DNA of 64,000 nucleotides from Utricularia gibba (taxonomy: Eukaryota > Plantae > Magnoliophyta), in assembly GCA_002189035.1 (NCBI GenBank), contig CM007989.1, positions 6,200,001 through 6,264,000 of the forward strand. Reading direction: 5' to 3'. Shown in pieces: positions 28,802 to 41,933 of the stretch. The notes beneath the pieces were generated by a model. That model saw only the letters and a program-made list of their open reading frames with translations, was not told the DNA's origin and made no database searches. Position 1 is the first letter of the stretch. Each line of letters starts with the position of its first letter. The position numbers were made by a program, and so were the translations under genes.

Positions 28802-31314
28802 TTTGAGTTGTTCTTCCTTCTGCTTGTTATGACCGTCCCAGCAGCAGAGATCTATTTGGCATCAACTTTTCACAGCATCTCGTTTCCACCAAATTTCCTA
28901 GAGAGACAAAATCGTGATTAGAATTTAAGAGAGTTCATTGAGCCTGATGATACCCATTTACAAAAACCAACTCAACAGCAATAGAAAACTAAATGGGTCC
29001 CTAGATATTTCGGAAAATACACTCAAGACGAATCCTACGTTCCATTGCACTGATAGAAAAAAATAATCCAGACCCAAAATTCCGAAAACCGAGATCGCAT
29101 AAATTTCGAAAACTCACATTCCCAAGTCCCCAAAATGAAGATGGGAGTAGGAGGAATCGATCAGCAAAGCATTCACCTTTACAATTTCCGGAAGAGAAAA
29201 AGTTGGAGACCCCAACTGGTCACTTACCTTTATTGAACGCTTTGCAACAGAACAAATAGGGACGAAATGCGTGAACTCTAATGCTTCCACAGATCCCTAC
29301 AACACCAGAGTTCGCTGGTGAAGGATTCCTCCCTGGCACTGCTCTCCATAGAGTAGTTTCATTGACCAACTCATTTCGCATTTAAACCCAATTGCTTTAT
29401 CAATCACTAATCCTATTAGGTTTAATTAGCCTAATCTCGTCCTTTTTGTGGGACTATTCCTCGAAATCAAATTTTCTGAAGCCAATCTTTTCATGTTTGT
29501 AAAAATGTATAGAGATTGTAAGATTAATTTTCAAAATTAATATATTTATTAAATATACATTTTATTAATTAAATAATGAATTAGTTAAAAATTATATTAT
29601 TTAATTTTAAAAAATTTATAAATATATTTATATTATCACATTAAACTTTAGAATAATTTAAATAAAATTTTATAATATAAAATTTAATTTAAAATATTCT
29701 ATAATACAATTTTATATTATACAGTAAAATATTTTTATCTTTTGAAAACTGAATCTATTCTTAAAGGTTTAAAATTAATTTTATTTTATAAAATTTAAAA
29801 GTAGAACCGCCCCTATGTTTGCATCAACAACTTCAATTAAAGATTAAATTATTTCGTTAATTTTGTATTATTTTGCCAATGAAAGCACCATATTATCAAT
29901 TTTTTATTTATCGATAAATTATTTTTAAAAATTAAGATTGTATTATTTCGCAATGAATATATATTTTCTAAAATCTATTTGCATTTTACGAAACTCATAA
30001 ATTTTCTTGAATATTTCTCTTTTTTACTCAATGTTTAGAATGTATAATTTACTATATTTTATTTTAACTGTTTAAAAAAACTACATTTATGTTTTTACAA
30101 TATTTCGTTGCAATCATTACTAATTTCACATAAATTTTTAGTATTTTGATAACATTAATCATGATTATTTTTTGAATTATCATTTTGTTAAAAAATTATT
30201 ACAATAAATGAATTTTCTCAAAATATTTCAATATATATATAATTGTTTTATACATATACGATCTAAATAAATGATTTTATTTTATATTAAAAATATAATT
30301 TTTCGACAAAATAATATACAAAATTTATATTATTTTCAATCAAAATAATATATTGAACAAACAATTGCATAATAAAGTAATAAATAATTTTCACATGTAT
30401 TAAAAATTGAAAATAATAATATTAGTATTTTTGTATCATTGTAAAACATGTTTTTCATTATTTTGTAAGATTGTTTTTAACTAATTTGTATTTCATTGAA
30501 TAAAAAATGTTTTTTGTGAATTTTTAAAATATTTTTAAATTAATTTAAAGAGAAATCAAAATCCAATAAATTATGAGTTTAAGAATATACAACTCTAAGC
30601 TCAAGACTAGATTAAAGGATTAAGATTTAATCAAAGATTAGTGAATGAGATAGATTTTAAATATGATTTTGAAAAATTTTGATAAAAAATTTAAATAAAA
30701 GATTTTATTCAAACACATTAAGCAAATTTAACATAAAGATTTAGATCTATTCTTTTATAAAAATCTTATTTTCTCAATTATTAAAAATGTTTTTAATCAC
30801 TTTTATTTTTTTTTATTTTTTTCTTATTTTTGTGTTTATTTTCATGTTAGAAAATACTTCTAATTGAATATCTATTATGAAGTCTTTTTTATGTAAATCT
30901 TTACATGTGTGATTATTTTACTATGTTGTTCGATATTTAATTCAAATTTTTTGTAATATTTTCTATTTTTCTTTTCCAATATATTTTTTAATACCATAAA
31001 ACGTTAAGAGAAAAGATTCAATAAAACGTTAATACCATATTTTCTATTTTCCAATAAAACGTTAAGAGAATGAAAATCTTAAATCAACCTTAAGTACATA
31101 TGAAGAAAGATTCAATATGAAATTGTTAACAAGTCAGATTCAGGCTATTCTATCTGTGATGATGTTACGATCTAATCCAATTTTGCACAGTATTCTTTGC
31201 TTCAAACATTCAATTCTCATCATTTTATGTTGTTCATTTCCAAAGAAAAAGTCTTATGCAAAATTAAGAAAGGTATTTTCATATAAACTATCCCTCAACT
31301 CAATGTGTAACTAA

Positions 31315-31660
31315 TGTGAGATTCATCTAAAGTATTTGCACCCTTCTTTGGGCTAGGCCCTTCCACCCCTTGGAAACTCACATCCTCATTGAGGTTTGCC
31401 CCACCACCGGTTACAAGCTTAAATTTGGCTTTGATATCAAATATCACAATCCACCCTCATGCACAATATTGTGCACTTTGAATAGCCAACTCTTATGATT
31501 TTACATTCTCACTTTCAGAAAAAATATCTCATATAAGATTTGAGAAGATCATTTCATATAAATTGTCCTTTGACCCTATCCATGATCGATGTGGGATTTG
31601 TCTAAAATACTTACACCCTTCTTTGGTTCAAGCAATTGTTACATGGTATCAAAGCCAAAC
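31315..31660 (-). mobile_element. TRIM-like (miniature LTR retrotransposon) relic
   Basis: Reverse PBS-like GGCTTTGATATCA at 31427-31439 abutting a ~160-bp LTR-like unit ending CGATGTGGGAT (31587-31597); ~38-bp direct repeat at 31316 and 31590; second PBS-like TGGTATCAAAGCC on + near 31646. Confidence 0.5.
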
Positions 31661-32760
31661 CCGTGTATGATAGGTCGTGACAAAGGGTGTGAGCTGTAGG
31701 GTTAGGATTAAATATATGAAAAATATGGATTATCATAGGAAACAAAATGACTTTAATGCCTAAATGAGAAACAAGATTATTGATTAGCATTATTATAAAA
31801 TAATATCCCAAAAACTTATGCAAGTAAGTATTTAAGGTTTACATGTACATGCATGGACAAACATATATCTGGTGAAACTTTGATCGAAAGATATTATTTC
31901 TATTGTTTCTTTCATTTTTTTTGTTTTATTATCATTTTTAAGTTCTTTTTTGAAAATAAAAAAGTAATTAATTTCATATAAAAACGATTTTATTTATTAT
32001 TTAAATTGTTTCTGTGTTTGTAAAATGAACATCAAATTTTTACACATCATATGTGAGATGTATGTACATATATTTAAAAAATATTTTAAATTAAAAATGA
32101 TATTTTATAAACAAAAAAAAGTAAAAGATGATATTTCTCATATATCAAATTAAAAAAATGGTATTTCATCAAAAAACTTATCAATAGAACCACTGAAGTC
32201 TATCATCATTTTTTCATCAATTAAAATTCAAGTCTCTCACATTTGATATAAGAGCACATTGAGCAGTGACGCGTTGTAGAAATATGAAGATTGTTAGCGT
32301 AAAAAAAGTATAAATCTAAAAGCGTTTATTTTTTAAAAAAATAATTTCTTTTCTTGAAAATTAATTTTCGAGAAGTAAAATCAAATAGAACCTTATTTTA
32401 AACGCGCCAATAAGTCACACGTTGAAGTAATAAAGAGCACAGCGATCCATCATAAGAAATAACAGGCGAGGCCGCGAGGGTTCGTTATATTTGTGCCAAT
32501 TGATTTGGCAGAGTGATCCGTATTATTATGCCGTAGCGGTGGATGGATGCCTTGCCCTGCCGCTGTGTTTCACGCGTCCACGTCCTCCCCCGCGTTGAAA
32601 AATGTCCAGGAGGAGATTTGTCTGACTTCCCTTGTGAATAGGAACCTACAAGACGGCACGGCACGGCACGCACACACAATGTATGCTCCTCCCCTTTGAA
32701 CGCCGTGCGTACCTTTTCGCCGGCATCGGAGGGGGCGGACCCCCTGGTGAGAAATTTGGG

Positions 32761-32767
32761 TATAAAA
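32761..32767 (+). promoter_or_regulatory. TATA box of the peroxidase locus
   Basis: TATAAAA 75 nt upstream of ATG 32836 in otherwise GC-rich context. Confidence 0.6.
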
Positions 32768-32835
32768 GGAGCCCTAGCCCCATGCAAAGGCAGGCAGGCG
32801 GGCATTCAGCGGCATTTGTGTTGTTGGCAAACACA

Positions 32836-33767
32836 ATGGCTTCCTCAGCGCTTCTTAAGGTTTATGTGTTGATGGCGGCGCTTGCTCTCGGCTTTCGGAT
32901 TTCTACGAAACACCGTGCCCTGATCTTCAGGACATCGTGAGGGAGGTCGTGACCGACACCGTGTTCCAGGAGAGGAGAATGGGGGCTTCCATCCTCCGCA
33001 TGCACTTCCACGACTGCTTCGTTCATGTAAGCACGCTGGCTTCTGCTTCTACCAGTTCGCAGTTGACTAACTCGTGACTGTTGCTGTGACGATTAGGGGT
33101 GCGATGGATCGCCGCACGGGACGGAGTTGAACTGGTTCGTCATGTCCAAACTCGGCAGCTACTACTTGCCTGGAATTTGGGGTCTGAAAGTTTTTTTTGT
33201 GTCTGTGATCAGCTGGGAGGACCACGATGTGAAGTGCCGCTGGGGAGAAGAGACGCCCGCAACCCCGCCACCACCCCAGCAGAAGTCAATTCCAATATCC
33301 CGTCCCCGCTCTCCGACTTCCCGGAGCTCGTCCGATCCTTCGCCGCGAAGAGGTTCTCCGCCAGGGACATGGTCATCCTCTCCGGCGGCCACAACATCGG
33401 CTTCGCCCAGTGCTTCCTCTTCCGCAACCGCATCTACAACGAGTCCAACATCAACTCCACCTACGCCGCTGAGCTCCGAGCCAACTGCCCCAGAACCGGC
33501 GGCGACTCCAACCTCGCTCCTCTCGATGTCCCCTCTGCCGTATTCGACAACAACTACTACAAGAACCTGGTCAGCCGCCGCGGCCTTCTCCACTCAGACC
33601 AGCAGATCTTCAATGGCGTCTCCACCTATTCCGTTGTTCAGCATTTCGCCAACGACGGCGCCGCGTTCAGGAGGGCCTTCTCTGAGACGATGGTGAGAAT
33701 GGGAAACCTCAGCCCCCTCACAGGCACCGCCGGTGAGATCAGAAGAAACTGCCGCCGTCACAATTAA
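32836..33767 (+). pseudogene. Class III secretory peroxidase pseudogene
   Basis: Exon 1 32836-33026 carries RMHFHDCFV but frameshifts after the signal peptide; exon 2 33097-33134 is only 38 nt (GCDGS fused to AARDGVEL); exon 3 33213-33767 is open, with LGRRDA, LSGGHNIG, FDNNYYKNL, GEIRRNC. Confidence 0.88.
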
Positions 33768-35261
33768 CCGTTTGGTTGCATTTTTGAGTGATCGCATCAT
33801 TTACTTCAGTGTTGGAATCTATACCCTGTTCTCCAAATCAGAATTAAAAGAGAAGTTTCTTTTCAGTAACAATCTATACATTGACAACAAACAGACTTGA
33901 GTCAAATCTCCATCTGAGCATTGCATCATCAACAAGCAACACAGAGCTGCTTTCAGCACTTCCTGTAAAAAGCGTAAAGGGTTAGTAACAAGATGTGAGA
34001 ACTCTGCCTATGCTTTCCGATTCAAAAAGCTTATTACTGTAAAAATTGATTAAAAATTATCCATCAATTTCATCACTCTCACCCAAAGTCACTTGTTTAC
34101 AATAGTGCTACATAAATCCAATAAATATGATTTTTTTCAATGATATACTATAATAAGCATGGTATGTTAGTTTTTTTTATAAGAATTAATTTTTGAAAAT
34201 TGTATCTAATTTGAATTACATTTATGTCTTTTTTTTATAAATAAATATAATTAATACTATTATAAATAATTTAATTATTTTAATTTTTAAATTATAATTT
34301 AAGATAATTTAAATTAAAGTAATAACATACATTATTATTCAAAAATAATATAATATTTTTAATATAAATGATATATAAATATATATTTTTGAAATTTATA
34401 AATTTAAAATATAATCATTAATAATTATCAATAAATAAGTCATTTAATTATTAAAAATTTCATTTTCTGTACTTTAAATATGAGTTTATTATGCAATAAT
34501 TATTTTTTAAAAAATACTTTTAAATATATATCAATTATCATTTTATTAAAATCCTAAAATTTTCAATTTTAATAAAATCAATTCTAAAGTGATTTTTTTT
34601 TTTAAAAAAACTTAAATAAAATCTTATTTTGAAATAATAGTCTTCAAAATCTTTATTTACAACAATTAAACTTTTATTTGATATTTTTAATGAATAATTT
34701 TTTTTTAAAAAATACCATTTAAAATGATTTGGAAAAATTGTTTATGTCATATTTGGACATGTTTGTTTACCTTTACCAATACATGTATATTGAAAAATAC
34801 AAGTATTTGGTATACATGATTTTTAATATATACATTATTTATATAATTCTTTTAATCATATTTATTAAAATTCTTATTCTACTAATTTTTTAACCAAATA
34901 AACACATCTATCAAAATATATTTCAATTATAATCACATAACCCTATTTATCTAAATACAAATAATACATGAGTTTAAATAATTAGCCTGAAACGAAGAAA
35001 ATCATTTACTCTCATTCCACATTACGAATCAAAACAAATTCTAATAATAATGAAATTTCATTTTCACGACTCTGCAGCACAAGGCATAACGATGAGTGAT
35101 GTCTGTGAATCCATAAGCAATTTTGGCTTCTCCAGAAGTAAATAATGATGTTTATGAAATGATTCCCATAACATCAACCTCAGCATAAAACCGACTTACA
35201 ATCGGTTACAACCAAAGCATCCTTGAGAGCGCATGTGCCTGATGCAAGTAGTCTGATCAGC

Positions 35262-36514
35262 TTAGAGGTCGTATCTCACGTTCCACCTTCGGTTTCCATC
35301 AGCATAGAATGCCCAGTTATTTTCCCGAATCTGAAAGTATGGAATCTGGAAGAAAGACGAAGCAGGTAAGCATGGTTTCATGATTTGCAGAGAAGTAATA
35401 TGTTGCCCCACCTGATCCAGAACATCGTATCCGGCTTTGATTCGAAGATCCTGATCTTTCTTGATGTTGAAGATGTTCCAAACAAATTCAATAGCCCCCT
35501 TGTAATTCAGCTGAAATGGATAGACAAGTTATAGGGAAAAGAGACAGAAAAAAAGAATGCAGCTCAGCTCGTCAAGTGAATAGAAGCAAGACCAACCTCT
35601 CCAAACTCTGGCCTGCTACACCGAGCCTTGACAGTAAGGTTTAGCAGATTATCAGAAGTTACTGGGAAAACTGTCTTTCCACGAAACTCGTAGTGCAATT
35701 TACGATTCTTGTCACGCTGGACTCCCAGGCTGAAGTTTGTTGACACCTTTATTAAAAGAAGATGCTGAACTTTGATGCAAAATGGGATCTAGAAAAATGG
35801 AACTGATATCTGACATTGATGTGAGGACCCTAAGAAGACGTTCACAAGCCACCATGTCCAAGAAATGGCTGCAACTGAAGCACATAATAACACAAGAACT
35901 AACAACATTGACTTCTTTGAGCTCATACGAACACTTCAAATGTTTATCACCAGAGAACAGATTTTGAGCATATTGTATAAAATAGAGGAATTGAAGGAGC
36001 AAGGATCGCGCGAGTGATACATACATCCGGATAGAAGAATCTTAACATTGAATTCAGATATGTTGGAGTTCCAACCCTGGTGTCGAGTTCGCCCTGAATC
36101 TGCAAAATCAAGGAAGAGCATCAAACAGGCATTCCGTCAAACAGCTGGAATGCACAAAAAAACAGAAACACAAAAACCATCATCCAACCGGATATCAAAC
36201 GCATTAAAAAAAACAGGAACATGGAATGTGTACAAACTAGAAACAAGCAAACACCAAAAGGAAACACATTGGCATTCCCGACGGAGCAAAATCCCCGGAC
36301 GGACACTAAAGAGAAACAACAACATTCGCTTCAAATCCAAAGAATTGGGATTCCTCGGGAAAGCAACTAAAACTGATATGCTGGAAAAGAAGCCCCTTGA
36401 ATTCGTGCAAGAGAGCAGAACCTGGCAGACAATATTGCTGGAGATGGGAATCTTTTCCTTAGCGTGAATTCTCAGAGACTTGGAATCCCCACCATACCTT
36501 AGCGACGTCTCCAT
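35262..36514 (-). CDS. OEP21: Chloroplast outer envelope pore protein 21
   Basis: Exons 36514-36422, 36099-36025, 35746-35597, 35510-35412, 35345-35262. [21 protein letters not shown]...[12 protein letters not shown]...[18 protein letters not shown]. Confidence 0.93.
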
Positions 36515-37396
36515 CTTCAGTGAATGAACTTCGCTATCCAAGAAAGCAGCGCTTCTGCTTAGAGCTGTGGATATCGCGGAAAAACCAAGCGATGGGGGCC
36601 TTTGGCCGTAGTTTCTATTTCAACCAGAGTCGCCAAGCCAATGGATTATCCAACGTTTTTTTCAAGCACCTTTTACTTTTATGAAATGTTATATAAGTAT
36701 GATTTTAATAGTTTTCTTTAAATGTGTGCAACGCAACACACGCGCATACCAAAAAAATGTATAAAAATCAATAATAACAATTAAAGTCCTTAAACATGAT
36801 CCCTTATTATTCATTTCGGTTATCTAATATTTACGGAGACGTACAACAAAGTATAAAATTTAATAATAACAATAAAAATCCTTACAATAATCATCGGATA
36901 GGATAGATGTATGATCAAATTCTCTTTTAATTTATAGAAATTTGATGGGATGTCTTCTTTTCAAATCACTGCATAATAAAAATAACATGTAGATTACTAC
37001 AATATTTACAATTTGTAAGAAAATTTGATGTACAGGGCAAACATCACGTGCGTCATCTTACAAGAAGAGAAAAATTTCCCACTCTTTTGAACCAATTATG
37101 CAATCAAATTCATGTAGATTGAATTGAAAGGGGACCTGGAATCACGTTGATTGGTATGCATAGCATTTTGAAATGTTGACATCCAATCGGTTTTTTTTTT
37201 TTTTTTTTTTTTTTGTGATAGTGAATACATCAAAATAGAGCGACATTATAAAAATTTCTCTCTTTTTTGTTTCTTACAAGATATCTTGGATTTTGGGGAT
37301 GGTAATAATACTCGAATATCTGCCGTACTTGTAGAGTGCTTTCGTCTCAACTTCGGTTTCATCGGAGTGCGCAGAGCCCTTGGCTTATCCGCAGAT

Positions 37397-39008
37397 ATGG
37401 CAGTGCTGTCCAACTCCTTGATGCCCAAGCACCCAGCTCTTCATTTGTCGAATGGTGAGTTTTATTGTGACCTCTTGCCACGGTTTGTATCGAAACTTCA
37501 GATTTTGTTTTCTTATGGCTTCTTGTCCCGAGTTCTGCTTAAGCTCGTTGAGGAGACGGTGCAAAATTATGTCCACGGGGATGAATCTGTGACGCGGGTA
37601 GTATTGTACAGTCATTGTTTATTGGATTGCTGATCGGTGCAATTGGGTTTGGTTTCAATTCATGGGTTGTGGAAAAAAAAAAACAGTTTTGACCTGATCT
37701 CTTTTAATGAAGTTGACCATTTAAAGCTGGATTTGAAGTTGTTTCGTAAGTGCACTTGAATATTTGGTGCTCTATACTGCTGAGATTCTTTGAACTGTCA
37801 AGTTGGCTTTCTCCTACTTTGTTGAGAAGCCGTTATTCTTTAAACTATATGAATGGCTGTTTCTCTTTTGATGGCATGGTAGTGCTTCTTCAAGTGACGT
37901 TCATTGCCATCCTATGTTCTCGTCACAACTTATACAGCTTTTCATTCGTGAAGGGACCTCCAGCTTTTCATTTGGTTCGAAGGTTGCAAACAAACCGTTA
38001 TCCAAGAGAACAGAACTCATTGTACAAGCAACTTATAGGTATCATGACATCTGGTTTCTGTGCATTATTATAGCTACATGGATACCTCCCCAAATCCCTT
38101 CTCTTCCACTTTCGCAAGTTGTGAGTTATCATCCTCATGTTTTTGTTTGTTGTCGATGTTTTTGATTCAGGGATGGAAGATCAAACAGTGGTAATGCCTT
38201 TGTTGGTGGCTTCATTCTTGGGGGACTAGTTGTTGGCTCACTCGGTTGCATATTTGCACCTCAGGTATCATTGGCCAACGTTTTGATTGTTGCTGTTTTT
38301 ACCGTTGGATCCACAGGAAATGCCTTTGTTGCTGTCATTTTGATTCATGTCTCATATTGCATACTCTCTCTTTGTAGACTTCCTTTCCTTGCGCTTTGCC
38401 TATCACATTGTCTTCTACGAACTGTGCATCATGTGCAGAATAGCATCTTCTACCTGAGTTACAAACATTGGACCCTTCTTCATCATGCTATTATGTGCAT
38501 TACAGATAAGCAGAGCTTTAGCTGGCACTGACAGAAAGGACTTGATGAAAAAGCTGCCCAAGTTCATCTACGACGAAGAAAAGGCCCTCGAGGTTAGTAG
38601 CCTTCCATCTTTCTTAAGTTGTGCAGCTTCATACTTGAAAAAAAAAAGTTTAACTAATGGATAAGCTTGCTTAAGATCCCAACTTTTTGCTTGAAAAAGT
38701 GTTCAGCATATGAATATTCTAAGTTCTAGATACTTGGGCATAATTTGTAAACACCCTCTTGATGGGATTCTATTCAATTTTGTAAGCATGCAGATTATGG
38801 TTTACAGGAGGAGAAATATCCCATGAAGGGTTTCTATACATCTGTTGTATGACTAGGGTACTCTTCTTTGCAGAAACAGCGTAGGAAACTGGCAGAGAAG
38901 ATTGAGCAACTCAACTTAGCTATTGATAACGTGTCGAGCCAGCTGCGTACCGAAGAACCCCTAAATGAATCACCAACAGGTCCTGAAGACATCCAGGCTC
39001 TCATCTGA
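37397..39008 (+). CDS. Small plastid-envelope-type membrane protein of unknown function (single Gly-rich TM plus coiled coil; At1g42960/At5g16660-like from memory)
   Basis: Exons 37397-37454, about 37954-38038 (acceptor uncertain), 38171-38264, 38506-38592, 38874-39008. Transit-peptide-like start, [58 protein letters not shown]. Confidence 0.8.
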
Positions 39009-39348
39009 TCTCCTGTCTGTCCTCACCTAATGCAACTCATCCAGCCTTGAATTTGTGTTCATCTCTGCTTTCTAGTCTTTGGACTTTTTTTTTTTTCTTG
39101 ACTGTCTGATATGGCTGAGGCGTTCTCTCTTTTGGTCAAATGTTGAGAGTTGCTCTCAAAATTGAGACGTGGAAGAGAGGGTTAAGCCAACTATGAAAGC
39201 TTGAGCAGTCAACTGGCAGTTTTTAAGGAAATCCTCCAAGCAATGCATTTTCCTTCAAGAATCTTGAAAATATCCCAAGGAACTGAAAATCACTCCACAA
39301 CAAGACAAGAAACAAGAAGGTTCAACTTCAGCTTGCTGAATCAACCAC

Positions 39349-41933
39349 TCATCGAGCGTTTTTTGAGAAGACGCCGGAGAATTTCGGGATCCGGTTGACG
39401 TGTTCCAGTGCATGTTCAGCAATTTTTCGTGTTTGGAAGTCTCCATGATGGTAAGCATCCACAAGGGCCGTGCTGATGTTCTGATCACAGGTAACTGCAA
39501 CAGCTAAATCTCCATTTCTCAGCAACCTCTCAACTGCCCAAAGGGTTCTCTTCCTGAGGCTCTCTGAGCGTGCCTCCAGCAACAGATGGAGAATGCGCGT
39601 GGTACCTTCGTAGGCGTCCGCCAAAACCAGAACCCCCTCCTCGATATTCACCCCGTCCTCCAACAAAGTGCACAGGGCGCCCAAGGAAGCTTCCACTACC
39701 GTGTCATTGGGGTGATCCAGAAGGGCTACAAGTTTGTCCACAGCCTGCCCTTCCAACAAGCAAAATGTTTCCTTGAATGAGCAGATCCCACTGTGTACCC
39801 GGCACAGTCCAGTTGCAACCGGCGGCTTCATGGAGAAGCAGGGAAAGAGTGAGGCACAGAGGGCGGGTGGTGGGATGTCAGGCATTCTTGACAAGGTTTT
39901 GGATTCACGAGACAAGTTCTCCAGTGCTGTGGCTGAGACCATCTGCACATTATCGAGCCCGTTTGCCTGTAGAAGGTCAGCGAAAATGGAGGCCAGATTG
40001 TGATCACGACACAGTGTACGGACATCTGCATGCTCAAGTGCAAAGGAAACTCTTGCAAGAACCTTCACCAGTCCTTCTAGGTAGGGGGTGATGAAGCGAC
40101 CCACTTCCCCTTGTCGTATACGGATTATCCTCGAACTGAACACCTGGAACACGCCTTCATCTAGCATTTTTCTAGTGAGAGCAGTATCTCTTTCAGGTAA
40201 ATCGGATAAAAATCCTACTGCTGCTGCTTGTTCCTCACCGACACCCCCATTTTCGGTAATAACTTTGATCAGGCTTCCTAGCTGACCCGAAGTAGAACAC
40301 AGGCTAGATGCTAGTTCTGATCCCATGTGGGGCGACAGATTCTGAAGAAGTTTTATACAAGCGAACCTGAGATCTCTCCGAGGCACCTCAACAAACTGAA
40401 CCAAACAGATGGTGGCGCCGGAGCTTTGAATGGCCGAAATGACACTGGAAATGTATGATGACCTTGCTGTGAGACCAACGAGAACCTGAAGAAGCTTACA
40501 CGATATTGCAGGCCCTGTGTTATTGATAAGATGCAGAAGTTGATGGATGATGCCCTCTGAGACAAGTGTTTGCTGACCAGCTCCCAGAGGGATTCTGTGG
40601 AACTCACAACCCGAATTCACAATATTGGCAAGAATCGTGGCTGATACTTCTTTGAGTCGTGCAGGGAGTTGTTTTGGTTGGACGCTGAATAGATCCTGAA
40701 CAAGGGGAGGAATAATGCCTCCCTCTACAAGTATCCTTGCACTAGTCTCATCTGATGAGATTTGATTCAAAGCTGTAAGAGCAGCTTCTCGAGACTCTAC
40801 ATCAGTACTCTTCATGAGATTGATCAACGAGGAACCGGCAGTCCTTGCTGCAAGCACCTTAACATCACTGCTAAGAACAAGTTCGCCAAGAAAACCTGCC
40901 ATTGCTAGCCTCGTTTCCGGCGAGCCTGCAGTAACGCATGAGCATGCTATCAGACATCATTTAATTGATCTCTTTTGGAGTTTTGATTCGAAAAGAGGCG
41001 CACCTGGTAGCAGCAATGTCAAAAGAGGCTGCAATCGACCACATTTTGCCATTTCCCTGACATTGTTCTCGCATTGTGCCAAGTTTTCCAAGGTTTGATC
41101 TGCCTTCTGTACAGTAGTTTCATCATCTGAGGTGCTGCTGGCTATTCCAACTAAAAGAAAAATCGCCCCATTAACAGCACCAATCAGTTCACAAAGTTCA
41201 ACCGTTTTGGAAAGCTCATATAGCAGAGAAACAGCCTTTTCCTTCTCATTCTGCTCACGAGACAATGATTTGACAATCGTGCGCACAGTGTCTCCTTCAG
41301 CCATCATTTCCTGCAAATGTAAGATGTGTGAACCATAACAGCACAAGAGTAGCTAGTACAAAGAAGCACACACAAATTGCCAACCTTATTACCAGTGTCC
41401 TCCTCCACCACAATTCGAAGTGTTTCCAACGTGAAGCACCGAACTCCACGACTACGGCTGGTCTTCAGTAAGTCCACAATCATAGGAATCAACTCAGAAT
41501 CACGGATCACTTGCTTATTTGATTGGTTTTTCAAGCACAGGTTTTGGATAAACTTCAGAGCTCTTATGTTATCATTATCCGAACTGGTCGAGGATAAGCA
41601 TCGACGAGCAATGTCAAGCTCAGCAGCTTCATTCCTGGCATTCCATTCTTCAATTGCTTTCTTCAAAGCAATGCTTGAGTTTAGCTCACTTCTTCTTAGC
41701 TCCCTGAACGTCACAGGGCATGCCAGCTTTCTTCCATTCTCCCTGCATTCTTGGAACCATTTTTCAATTGCTCGTCTCTCAAATGTTTGCCCAGATTCTA
41801 AGGTCACAGGATCCAGCATCAGTTGCTTCGTTAATGGACATATAAATGCATCGAAAATCGGTTCTTTGTAAAGCCTCTCATAGTGATTGCTATCATCAGA
41901 CTGCTCAGAACTTCCATCAGCTACTCCAGCCAT
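39349..41933 (-). CDS. PUB44: U-box/ARM-repeat E3 ubiquitin ligase, PUB43/PUB44 (SAUL1) type
   Basis: Exons 41933-41385, 41310-41004, 40925-39349. U-box FDAFICPLTKQLMLDPVTLESGQTFERRAIEKWF followed by ARM repeats; ends IPKFSGVFSKNAR*. Confidence 0.93.

Noticed and set aside
29500-31100. Extremely AT-rich tracts (also 34100-35000, 42650-43150, 46330-47150)
   Set aside because: No periodicity, ORF or hairpin was evident by eye; treated as ordinary intergenic DNA.
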